57,718 nucleotides of DNA from a virus. Taxonomy: Duplodnaviria; Caudoviricetes. The translations under genes were made by a program, and so were the position numbers. The notes beneath the pieces were generated by a model, which was not told the origin of the DNA, ran no database searches, and saw only the letters and a program-made list of their open reading frames with translations. How positions within the stretch are numbered: the first letter of the stretch is position 1; the number at the start of each line of letters is the position of its first letter. The DNA is taken from the IMG/VR virus record IMGVR_UViG_3300025769_000008, positions 1 through 57,718 of that record; one strand, 5' to 3'. Below, one piece after another: positions 8,255 through 15,924 of the stretch.

Positions 8255-10024
8255 ATGGAGAGTCAAGAAAAAAGAGAAAGAGAGGATATCAGAAATCACA
8301 TTCAGCATAATCCAAAAACGAATGATTATAGGCACGGACAATACAAAATAACTTGTCCTAGTTGTCAAAATCAAAGAACCAAAAACAGAGGTGACACACC
8401 TCTATCGGTGAACATAAATTCAGAGACAATAGTTTATCATTGTCATCATTGTGGCATACAGGGAGCAATGTCTAGAGATCAAGGAGCAAGAATGAAAGTA
8501 GTGAAAGCAGAACCAAAACCTAAAAAAATTAAATTACCTGAAACAAATACAGAGGGAAAGGCAGTCAAATGGTTGGCAGATAGAGGGATAAGTATTGAAA
8601 CGGCAGAAGCTTCTGGCTGTGTGCTGTCAGAAAAAAATAATTTACCAGTCATAGGTTTTACCTTCGCCTCGGAGGGGGAGACCATTGCGGTGAAGTGGAG
8701 GTCAGCAAATGGGAGTAAGGATTTTTGGTGGGATAACAACGCTACTAAATTGTGGGGCAGACAAGTACACAATGATAGTTTACCTACAATTGAATCAACA
8801 ATAGTAATCACAGAAGGGGAGATAGATACACTCGCTATCAAAGAAGCTTTTAAAGATCACAGTAACATAGACGTTTACTCAGTACCCAATGGTGCACCCA
8901 ACAAGATTACTGATACCAAGATAGACCCCTCAGAAGACGGAAGGTTTAAATATATATGGGAAGATAGACACTTGTTTGAAGGAGTTGATAGGATAATTCT
9001 CGCTACAGATTCAGATGATAATGGTCAGATACTTGCAGATGAGTTGTCTCGTAGACTCAACAAGGCTAGATGTTACATAGTAGATTACAAAGGTCATAAA
9101 GATGCCAATGAATTACTTATCAATACAGACTCGGATACTGTCAGGAAACAGATACTAAACGCAGAGCCTATCCCTTTACATGGTTTAAACAACATTGACT
9201 TCTATGCTGATGAGTTCCAAAACCTTTATGAACAAGGTAAGCCTAGAGGTGTAAGCACAGGCTTTGATTCGGTAGATAAACTATTCACATTACAGACAGG
9301 TTATCTCAACGTAGTAACAGGATACCCTGGTGACGGAAAGTCTGCATTTATAGATCAAGTCATAGTAAATGTAGCTAAAAACTATGGTTGGAAAACGTGC
9401 TTCTGTTCCTTTGAAAAACCGCCTACATTGCACTCAGTACAGATTGCTCAATGCCTTGTCGGTAAACCTTTCTTTGAAGGGCAGAATCAAAGGATGACAC
9501 AAGAAGAGAAAGACTTTGCTCAGAGTTGGATAAACGATCACATCTTATTCCAAGACTATCAAGACGGAGGATTGCCTACAATAGAATCAATACTAGAGAA
9601 AGGTGCTAGTGCGGTTATGCGATATGGCATAAGGATTCTAGTGATAGACCCTTATAACTTTATACATACAGACCACAAAGGATTAGAGACTGATGCGGTT
9701 AGCGATATGCTTACGAAGGTTCAATTGTTTGCGAAGCAACATGATGTAGCAGTTTTTTTTGTAGCACACCCAACAAAACCCGCAGAACGTGGTAAGAAGA
9801 CAATAGTAACAGGGGTTGATATAGCTAAGTCAATGGCATGGTTTAGTAAAGCAGATATGGGGTTGACTGTATTTAGAGGTGATAGTAGTGTTACAGTTAA
9901 TGTTTGGAAGGCAAGGTGGGGTTGGTCAGCACAATGCGGTTCAACAGACCTTACATTTAATCCTGTAAATGGGAGATATGCAGAAGCAGAAGAAATACAA
10001 GACGACTACGATTGGGATTTCTAA
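8255..10024 (+). CDS. DNA primase-helicase (T7 gp4/Twinkle-like)
   Basis: Zn finger CPSC...CHHC, TOPRIM motifs ITEGEID and ATDSD, Walker A GYPGDGKS, Walker B ILVIDPY. Confidence 0.92.
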   Translation: MESQEKREREDIRNHIQHNPKTNDYRHGQYKITCPSCQNQRTKNRGDTPLSVNINSETIVYHCHHCGIQGAMSRDQGARMKVVKAEPKPKKIKLPETNTEGKAVKWLADRGISIETAEASGCVLSEKNNLPVIGFTFASEGETIAVKWRSANGSKDFWWDNNATKLWGRQVHNDSLPTIESTIVITEGEIDTLAIKEAFKDHSNIDVYSVPNGAPNKITDTKIDPSEDGRFKYIWEDRHLFEGVDRIILATDSDDNGQILADELSRRLNKARCYIVDYKGHKDANELLINTDSDTVRKQILNAEPIPLHGLNNIDFYADEFQNLYEQGKPRGVSTGFDSVDKLFTLQTGYLNVVTGYPGDGKSAFIDQVIVNVAKNYGWKTCFCSFEKPPTLHSVQIAQCLVGKPFFEGQNQRMTQEEKDFAQSWINDHILFQDYQDGGLPTIESILEKGASAVMRYGIRILVIDPYNFIHTDHKGLETDAVSDMLTKVQLFAKQHDVAVFFVAHPTKPAERGKKTIVTGVDIAKSMAWFSKADMGLTVFRGDSSVTVNVWKARWGWSAQCGSTDLTFNPVNGRYAEAEEIQDDYDWDF

Positions 10025-10523
10025 ACAAGAAATTCACGTCAATGATGTCGGCAGTCCACATCTGCACAAACATCACGAAGTTGTAATAAGGGTTTTTAAT
10101 AATACAAAAGTTGGTCGAGCCATAGTGTTAGACCAACACCTTATTGACGTTCTATTTAACGAAGACCACTTAGACTCAAGACAACATAGTGTCTGTGATA
10201 AGTATCTCGGAATGATATCCAAGTCAGGAACTTTTCCAGCCGCTCCCCAGCTTTCAGAAAGAATATTTACTGGTAATAAGAATTCTCAGCCTCTACCCAA
10301 GTCCTGTATTTTGATCGGTGTTCAGAGAAACATTAAAGAAATCTGTGGGAATGCCAAAGAAAGAGTGTTTTGGAAACTCATGGTAGATAATCCCAATAAG
10401 ATAAGTATCTTAGAGTTAGAAATCATAAAGGAGTGTGCTAACGCACTATTGAATTATTGGTATGTCAGTCAGGAAAATCCTGTTTCTTTGTTTCAGCAAG
10501 CCCTGTTAAACCCACACCAATAG
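9969..10523 (+). CDS. Hypothetical protein
   Basis: 184-aa ORF downstream of the helicase; start uncertain. Confidence 0.65.
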   Translation: MGDMQKQKKYKTTTIGISKQEIHVNDVGSPHLHKHHEVVIRVFNNTKVGRAIVLDQHLIDVLFNEDHLDSRQHSVCDKYLGMISKSGTFPAAPQLSERIFTGNKNSQPLPKSCILIGVQRNIKEICGNAKERVFWKLMVDNPNKISILELEIIKECANALLNYWYVSQENPVSLFQQALLNPHQ

Positions 10524-10758
10524 AAACTGTTTCGCTTGTAACTGAACCTGAATAGATATCTTTTCCTTCTTGTTCTGCTATATCCTCTACTGCTTCTTTT
10601 GATTCTTGTAAAAGCTTTTCAACTGCAACATTCTTTTCATCTGCCATACTGTGAATCATATGAATGATCTGTTTGTTGAGTGATCGGCTTTCTTTTTTAG
10701 CTAGTGCATGGGCAAGATCATAAGTTTCTTGCGAGCATCTAATGAATAGACTTTTCAT
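10465..10758 (-). CDS. Arc/ribbon-helix-helix-like DNA-binding protein
   Basis: KSLFIRC...LAKKESRSLNKQIIHMI matches the Arc-family pattern (A...RSLN.EI). Confidence 0.7.
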   Translation of the reverse strand: MKSLFIRCSQETYDLAHALAKKESRSLNKQIIHMIHSMADEKNVAVEKLLQESKEAVEDIAEQEGKDIYSGSVTSETVSIGVGLTGLAETKKQDFPD

Positions 10759-11065
10759 CTTTACCTTCCTCTTCTTGTTCTCTGTAAACTATCTCAGGTG
10801 ACTCTTGCACTTCAGCTATAGCTACACTTTCTCTACCCACTTGATAAAATCTGTTTTCTTCTAGCTGATGTATGGCTGATTCTAATAGCCATTCGTTAGA
10901 CACAATCAAAGGGTCATCTAATAATGAAATAGCAAAACTCAACGCATCAATCTCACTATCAAAAACCCAAACTAAGTGTACCCATTTGGCACTACTCTTA
11001 GTTGAAAACACATTCCTAGGGTCAGGTATATCTAATTGATAAGTGTGTCTTACTACTGCAAACAT
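10739..11065 (-). CDS. Hypothetical protein
   Basis: ORF with a TATAAT -10 element 6 nt upstream of the ATG, so probably leaderless. Confidence 0.65.
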   Translation of the reverse strand: MFAVVRHTYQLDIPDPRNVFSTKSSAKWVHLVWVFDSEIDALSFAISLLDDPLIVSNEWLLESAIHQLEENRFYQVGRESVAIAEVQESPEIVYREQEEEGKDEKSIH

Positions 11066-11336
11066 CCATTCATTATAGGCAAAATGCTATCAAATTGAAA
11101 GCGACTGAACACATTGATTGGTAGTGTTACTACTTGCATTACTTGTAGTGTTACCCATTGCTGTATTTCCTACACCAGTTGTATTCAGTAGCACTAGAGA
11201 GAATATTTACTGGTTATAGATATTTATTCGGTTAATCACGCCTACTGCTGTATTATTACGCCATTCCTCATCTCTTTCCTACACTACCCCTTATTAGTGC
11301 CTGTAGTATTTGCAATGACTTTCACAAATTTAGACC

Positions 11337-11375
11337 AAAAAAAAGAGAGATAAGTATTTGACTACCTATCTCTCT
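11337..11375 (-). terminator. Rho-independent terminator
   Basis: Minus strand AGAGAGATAGGTA...TACTTATCTCTCT stem followed by a U-tract. Confidence 0.75.
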
Positions 11376-11459
11376 CTATACATCTACTAACTAGACATGG
11401 AGGTTTCATTCGTGAAAATGAATCACTAATATAAACGATCTGATTGCACAATGCAATAC

Positions 11460-11491
11460 TTATCCACAATTAATTCACAGATTTATCCACA
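11460..11491 (+). promoter_or_regulatory. Cluster of DnaA boxes
   Basis: Perfect TTATCCACA at 11460-11468 and 11483-11491, with a degenerate TAATTCACA at 11471-11479, all in the same orientation. Confidence 0.75.
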
Positions 11492-11527
11492 GAAATTTAC
11501 TGGTAAATAGAATATTTTTCACATCCA

Positions 11528-11574
11528 TACCAACATCTTGTGCCAAACCTGTACGTCAGACACTATATCTAGAA
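11528..11574. promoter_or_regulatory. Tandem NrdR boxes
   Basis: TACCAACATCTTGTG (11528-11542) and ACACTATATCTAGAA (11560-11574) keep all strongly conserved positions of acaCwAtATaTwGtg and lie 32 bp apart. Confidence 0.6.
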
Positions 11575-11742
11575 AATGTAAAAGTAGTTTAGATGTCAAG
11601 TTCTGTTTTCTCCTTAAAGCTAGGCAGTATCGTCAAGCTTTGTGAGTTAATCGTCATTAACTTCGTTCTTCTGCTAACCAAAGTCTCCACTTTGAAAATG
11701 TCAGGCATCTAAACTCTTTTACCTTGATGATTCTAGAATGTC
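11559..11742. ncRNA. Putative structured RNA / long imperfect inverted repeat
   Basis: Arms TCTAGAA..GTAAAAG.AGTTTAGATGTC and GGCATCTAAACT.CTTTTAC..TTCTAGA enclose internal hairpins GAGTTAAT/ATTAACTT and CAAAGT/ACTTTG. Confidence 0.45.
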
Positions 11743-11764
11743 TTAGCGACAAAGTATGTCGTAT

Positions 11765-11986
11765 CTAATCTTGCTTTTCATACATGGTTAAAAGTTCACC
11801 TCTTTTCAGTAGAAACTTCTGCCATTCAAATAGAAGGTAGTAAAAGTCCTCTTCGCTTTTCACCACAGGATAAGGCTCACCCCATTCCTCTACGCAATTT
11901 AGTTCTTTAAAGAATTCCAACATCAACCACATAGTAATTAACGTACCCATGTCTGCTTTATTTATATTTGCTTTTGTTATATCCAT
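11765..11986 (-). CDS. Hypothetical protein
   Basis: ORF track, 73 aa. Confidence 0.5.
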   Translation of the reverse strand: MDITKANINKADMGTLITMWLMLEFFKELNCVEEWGEPYPVVKSEEDFYYLLFEWQKFLLKRGELLTMYEKQD

Positions 11987-12217
11987 AATTATATTTAATT
12001 AAGATTGAAACTATTTCCAATCACTACTCTAATATGTCAACGAAAACCAAAAACAGCCGTTTTTTTATTGTCTTTTTTTCATTGACAAAATAACCAAAAA
12101 ACCACAGGTACGAAAAACACAGCAATAGGTCGTCTGTAACCCAATAAAAACCTATGACTGGTAAATATTTTATTTGCGGCAGGACAAAAGACGGGATTTC
12201 GCTGTAAAATTTAGACC

Positions 12218-12257
12218 AAAAAAAAAGGCGGTAACTACCTAAGTAGCTACCGCCTTT
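12218..12257 (-). terminator. Rho-independent terminator ending the early operon
   Basis: Minus strand AAAGGCGGTAGCTAC-TTAG-GTAGTTACCGCCTTT followed by a U-tract. Confidence 0.85.
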
Positions 12258-12270
12258 AATTTATTTTCTC

Positions 12271-12393
12271 CTATTCTTGATTCATATGTCCTTCGTGACA
12301 AACCTCACAACCGCAAGTCTCACCATTAACATATTCAACACTAGGATTTCCACATACTTCACAAGGATGTATTGTAATTACAAATTTATTCAT
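12271..12393 (-). CDS. Small Cys-rich (CxxC...CxxC) protein, 40 aa
   Basis: Read by hand as MNKFVITIHPCEVCGNPSVEYVNGETCGCEVCHEGHMNQE; ATGA coupling and GAGG RBS. Confidence 0.55.
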   Translation of the reverse strand: MNKFVITIHPCEVCGNPSVEYVNGETCGCEVCHEGHMNQE

Positions 12394-12896
12394 TGTGATA
12401 CCTCCTCATCTTCCCAAGGCAAACCCCTAGGGTATTTGCCAAAGGGAGGATTGAAACCAACAGGATAAACATACAGATGATATTGATCTGCGACATTCAC
12501 CAATTGACACTCAGGAGGGTATAACTCAACCGCCCACCTATCTTTTCCGTTTTCGCAAAGAGCATTTTTGATCTGTTGCAAGTCAGTCCAAGAACGAACA
12601 GGTTTTCTATCAAGTCTTTTGATAGATAGATATGCCATACCTAAACGACATAACTCATCATCATAAATTTCGTCAGTCTCCTTTCCAACGTAAACATAAA
12701 CTTGATAGGTATCATTCAAATAAACTTTGCATGAAGTTAGTCTGTTGTATTGCCTTTTAGCTTCCTCCCAAGAAAGGTTATAAGGATTCTTTTCCTGTAT
12801 GTCCTTTATCCTTTCTTTTATGGGCATATCTTCAGGGTACAAACTTCCTTCAACAAATTTATCCAAAGTTTTAGAACCTAGATTTCTATCAATCAT
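12390..12896 (-). CDS. Hypothetical phage protein
   Basis: LSIKR...W.DLQQIKN...AVELYP....LVNVA..YHL motif resembles a recurring phage family; GGAGG RBS. Confidence 0.7.
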   Translation of the reverse strand: MIDRNLGSKTLDKFVEGSLYPEDMPIKERIKDIQEKNPYNLSWEEAKRQYNRLTSCKVYLNDTYQVYVYVGKETDEIYDDELCRLGMAYLSIKRLDRKPVRSWTDLQQIKNALCENGKDRWAVELYPPECQLVNVADQYHLYVYPVGFNPPFGKYPRGLPWEDEEVSQ

Positions 12897-13243
12897 TTAG
12901 ACACCTCCAAGATTACTCTTTTCTCTTTACCTTTACCTTTCAAAGAAAAAGTAACAGTATCACCAACATCTGCTTGAGCCTTGATACCTTTAATAGATAT
13001 CCTCCTATCTGCTCTAGCATTTTTAGTCCTGTAACATTTGACGACTGTTTTAGTGCCATCCTCAAACTCAGCTTGAAAACTGTGCCAAGAACCACTCAAC
13101 ATATCATCAAAGAATACATCTTGAGTCTTAACAAACTCTCTAATGCTAGCATTAGCATCAATGATATGTTTGTTAAGCATTGTTTTAGTTAATTTAATAA
13201 CCGCATTGGTTTTTATAACCAACCATTCTTTTTCATTACTCAT
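12893..13243 (-). CDS. Hypothetical protein resembling accessory DNA-binding domains of restriction endonucleases
   Basis: LTKTMLNKHIIDA...IREF and YRTK...DRRISIKG...A..GD pattern; GGAGG RBS at 13249-13253. Confidence 0.55.
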   Translation of the reverse strand: MSNEKEWLVIKTNAVIKLTKTMLNKHIIDANASIREFVKTQDVFFDDMLSGSWHSFQAEFEDGTKTVVKCYRTKNARADRRISIKGIKAQADVGDTVTFSLKGKGKEKRVILEVSK

Positions 13244-13272
13244 AATTTCCTCCATTGTAAGTAATAGTTAGT

Positions 13273-13335
13273 AAAACTGATTTCAAGGATTTTTCCTCTC
13301 ATCAGGCAAAAACACACATTTTTGCTATCAGTTTT
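13273..13335 (-). ncRNA. Hammerhead ribozyme HH1 (type III)
   Basis: AAAACUGA-UA^GCAAAAA-UGUGUG-UUUUUGC-CUGAUGA-GAGGA-AAAA-UCCUU-GAAA-UCAGUUUU: full core and three stems; predicted cut between 13326 and 13325 (AUA). Confidence 0.92.
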
Positions 13336-13428
13336 TAAAAATTGGCTTTCATAAGTCCAACCTAAGAGCGAAACTGAAGGTAAGTTAACCTAGGACACCT
13401 CCTAAATTAACCTACCTTTAGAATCCAC

Positions 13429-14793
13429 TTATGCGTAGAAGTCAGCAGTATCAACGTAAACCACCTCACCAAAAGGAAGGTTTTCAGAGTAACGACTCTT
13501 ATCGGTTACGCACCACACTACAGGACACTCAGGCTCTTGCTCAGGCTCTACAGTTCCATATCCATCCGTAAAGTAAACAAAGGCTTGAACGTCTTCCACA
13601 TCATCAGACCATTCATTGAACAGATGAAAGGGAGGGTCAAAGGAAGTTCCACCCCCACCACGAACCTTGAGTTCTAGGTCTTCACCTTGATTAAGTTCGT
13701 AGATATCCCACCATTCACCTTGATCATTTTTCACTACTGTAGAAGCACAGTAGCAAACTCTAACCTTGTCCAATCCGCAGTCTTCAGCCATAGCTTGTAC
13801 TTCACTCGCAAACTGATCTAGTTCGTGTTGTGAAACACTTCCGCTAGTATCAACCGCAATAGCAAGTTCTCCTCCTTCAGGATTACGAACCTTGCTAGGT
13901 AAGTTGATACCTCTCCACGCATGACGTTTATTAAGTCTAGACCAAGAATAGTCATTGCAAGTCAACGACTGTAAGAAGTCATTCAACATATCTTTCCAAG
14001 ATATAGCTGATTCTTTCTCACTTTCAATGCCACCTTTCATATTAGAAGTACCGCTTCCAAATTGCTCTAGCTTGTCAGCTAGTGAAACTGCTCTTTGAAT
14101 CTCGCCTTTGAGTTCTTGCATTTCTGCTTCGTTCATTGGCTTGCCTTCTTCGTTAGTAGCATCCCAAACTTCTCCAATTGCGGAAGGAAGATTATCAAGA
14201 TCACTCGAAATTGATTTACCCCCCCTTGGGGAATCTTCATGATATTTTCCTTTACCAGTCAATGATTGATCTTCTCCTTGATCATCAGACTCAGAATCCC
14301 CCCCACCTTCGGAATCTTGCGACTCTTCAGGCTTGTGTTCTTCGTTGTCATTGTTGATCTGATCTACCGCATCTTGCAAGGCATCCTCATCTTTAATCAG
14401 ATGTTGATACACCTTCTCAGCAGTCCAACCTTTGTACTGATAATCAAGAAGACCGCCTGTTGGCAAAGTCATTCTTAGATCATAGTGAAGGTAGTTATTG
14501 ATTACATAATCGCAAGCAATATTCCAAACTTTAGGATGTCTCTTCCCTCTCCTTAAAGGATGTTCATAGACAACGTGTAAAGCTTCGTGGACAAGTACAC
14601 CTTGCAACTCTTCTTCGGTAACACCCTCAACAAAATCAGGAAAGAAATAAATCTTCTTTCCATCAGTTGCCATAGTGTCACACTTAGAAGAATCGACCTC
14701 CACTAATTCAAGGTGTAGGAGCATACTTGCCATACCTACATTGCCTTGCATTAGCTTTGATCTAGCCTTAATGATCTTATCTAAACTAGTCAT
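13429..14793 (-). CDS. Metallopeptidase-vWA protein (DUF2201-like)
   Basis: TMATDG, HEALH zincin motif, WNIACD, MIDAS DTSGS, GGGGT and FTDG. Confidence 0.88.
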   Translation of the reverse strand: MTSLDKIIKARSKLMQGNVGMASMLLHLELVEVDSSKCDTMATDGKKIYFFPDFVEGVTEEELQGVLVHEALHVVYEHPLRRGKRHPKVWNIACDYVINNYLHYDLRMTLPTGGLLDYQYKGWTAEKVYQHLIKDEDALQDAVDQINNDNEEHKPEESQDSEGGGDSESDDQGEDQSLTGKGKYHEDSPRGGKSISSDLDNLPSAIGEVWDATNEEGKPMNEAEMQELKGEIQRAVSLADKLEQFGSGTSNMKGGIESEKESAISWKDMLNDFLQSLTCNDYSWSRLNKRHAWRGINLPSKVRNPEGGELAIAVDTSGSVSQHELDQFASEVQAMAEDCGLDKVRVCYCASTVVKNDQGEWWDIYELNQGEDLELKVRGGGGTSFDPPFHLFNEWSDDVEDVQAFVYFTDGYGTVEPEQEPECPVVWCVTDKSRYSENLPFGEVVYVDTADFYA

Positions 14794-15769
14794 TTTTCTT
14801 ACCTCCAAAGGCACGTTCTAAGAACCCACCTTTAAGTCCATCAACAGACTGCTCAAGACCTTCAGCTACTTGCTTACGTTTTGATTCACCTAGTTCTGTA
14901 TCATCCCTTAGAGACTCCACAGAGTTGATAGAAGCAAGAACGCTTACAAGTTGTTGATGAGCATCAGAGATAGATTGATCATTGCCTAAGATATCTGAAT
15001 TAATAGAAGGAAGAGTTTCAACCGCCTGTCTCAATTTCTCGATACTGCTATTGTTGAAGAAACCCTTCTGTTTGTTTTCAGGGTCGTAGGCTTTTAGCTT
15101 CTCAGCTAAATGATCTACTTGAGAAACAAGTGCATCAACAGTAGTAACTAAAATGTTCTTAATGTTGGTGCTTGCTCTGTTTACTGCATCACTCTCTATC
15201 CTCTTTCTAAGTTCGTCAGATACATTTAATCTGATATCAGAACCAAAAGTTGGTAGCGGAGACATTTCAAACTGAAAGATAAATTTATCTCTCAGCCTTT
15301 GCAAATCCCAATCGTCAGTAGGGTAATCGTCTTCGTCAAACGCATCACCTAATCTGTCTTTTGCATTCGCAATGTCTAGAGGTAGTTGCTTGAAAAAACC
15401 TTCTACCTCTCTATCCCAAATCACTTTCGCTTGATTGACTTCGTACTGAAGCTTTTCAAGTTGTGAGTTAGGACACAATCGCCAACCACCGCCAACCTTG
15501 ACTCCGTTATCGTCTGAAGTATCAGACCAAGGCAAAGTAAGGGGATAGTAAAAGTCATTCCTAAACGCATTGATAATACTGCGAAACTCTTTGTTCACAT
15601 TCCTACCAAAGATATGCTTAGAAACATTTAACAAATCAGCATTAGATTTCACATCCTCTGCTAAATCATTTTTTAAACTCTTATCTGTTTTGATACCGCT
15701 CGGATGCCCTAGAGCAACACGAACCAAAGTAGCATTCTCAGATAGAGTTGTACTTAGTTTTTTATCCAT
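14786..15769 (-). CDS. DUF3150-like protein
   Basis: YPLTLPW and RLGDAFDEDDYP motifs; sits between the AAA and vWA genes as in known triads. Confidence 0.65.
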   Translation of the reverse strand: MDKKLSTTLSENATLVRVALGHPSGIKTDKSLKNDLAEDVKSNADLLNVSKHIFGRNVNKEFRSIINAFRNDFYYPLTLPWSDTSDDNGVKVGGGWRLCPNSQLEKLQYEVNQAKVIWDREVEGFFKQLPLDIANAKDRLGDAFDEDDYPTDDWDLQRLRDKFIFQFEMSPLPTFGSDIRLNVSDELRKRIESDAVNRASTNIKNILVTTVDALVSQVDHLAEKLKAYDPENKQKGFFNNSSIEKLRQAVETLPSINSDILGNDQSISDAHQQLVSVLASINSVESLRDDTELGESKRKQVAEGLEQSVDGLKGGFLERAFGGKKND

Positions 15770-15798
15770 AATTGAACCTCCATTCAGTTAGATAAAGT

Positions 15799-15856
15799 TA
15801 TCTGATTTCATGCTTTTGCAATCATCAGTTGAGATAACACATCTCAATATCAGATA
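15799..15856 (-). ncRNA. Hammerhead ribozyme HH2 (type III)
   Basis: UAUCUGA-UA^UUGAGAU-GUGUU-AUCUCAA-CUGAUGA-UUGC-AAAA-GCAU-GAAA-UCAGAUA; predicted cut between 15848 and 15847 (AUA). Confidence 0.9.
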
Positions 15857-15924
15857 GGCTTGAGGGGAGAAAAAGAACATTTACCAGTAAATAATAAATA
15901 TTTCTCTCTCTCCCGTCAGGCGGG

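Noticed and set aside
11311-11326. CRP-like site TGCAA-N6-TCACA (and TGTGA-N6-TGCAA near 19328)
   Set aside because: Only one good half-site in each; tempting given the cyclase, but too weak in AT-rich DNA.
11403-11418. Second parS-like sequence GTTTCATTCGTGAAAA
   Set aside because: A 2-nt insertion breaks the palindrome spacing.
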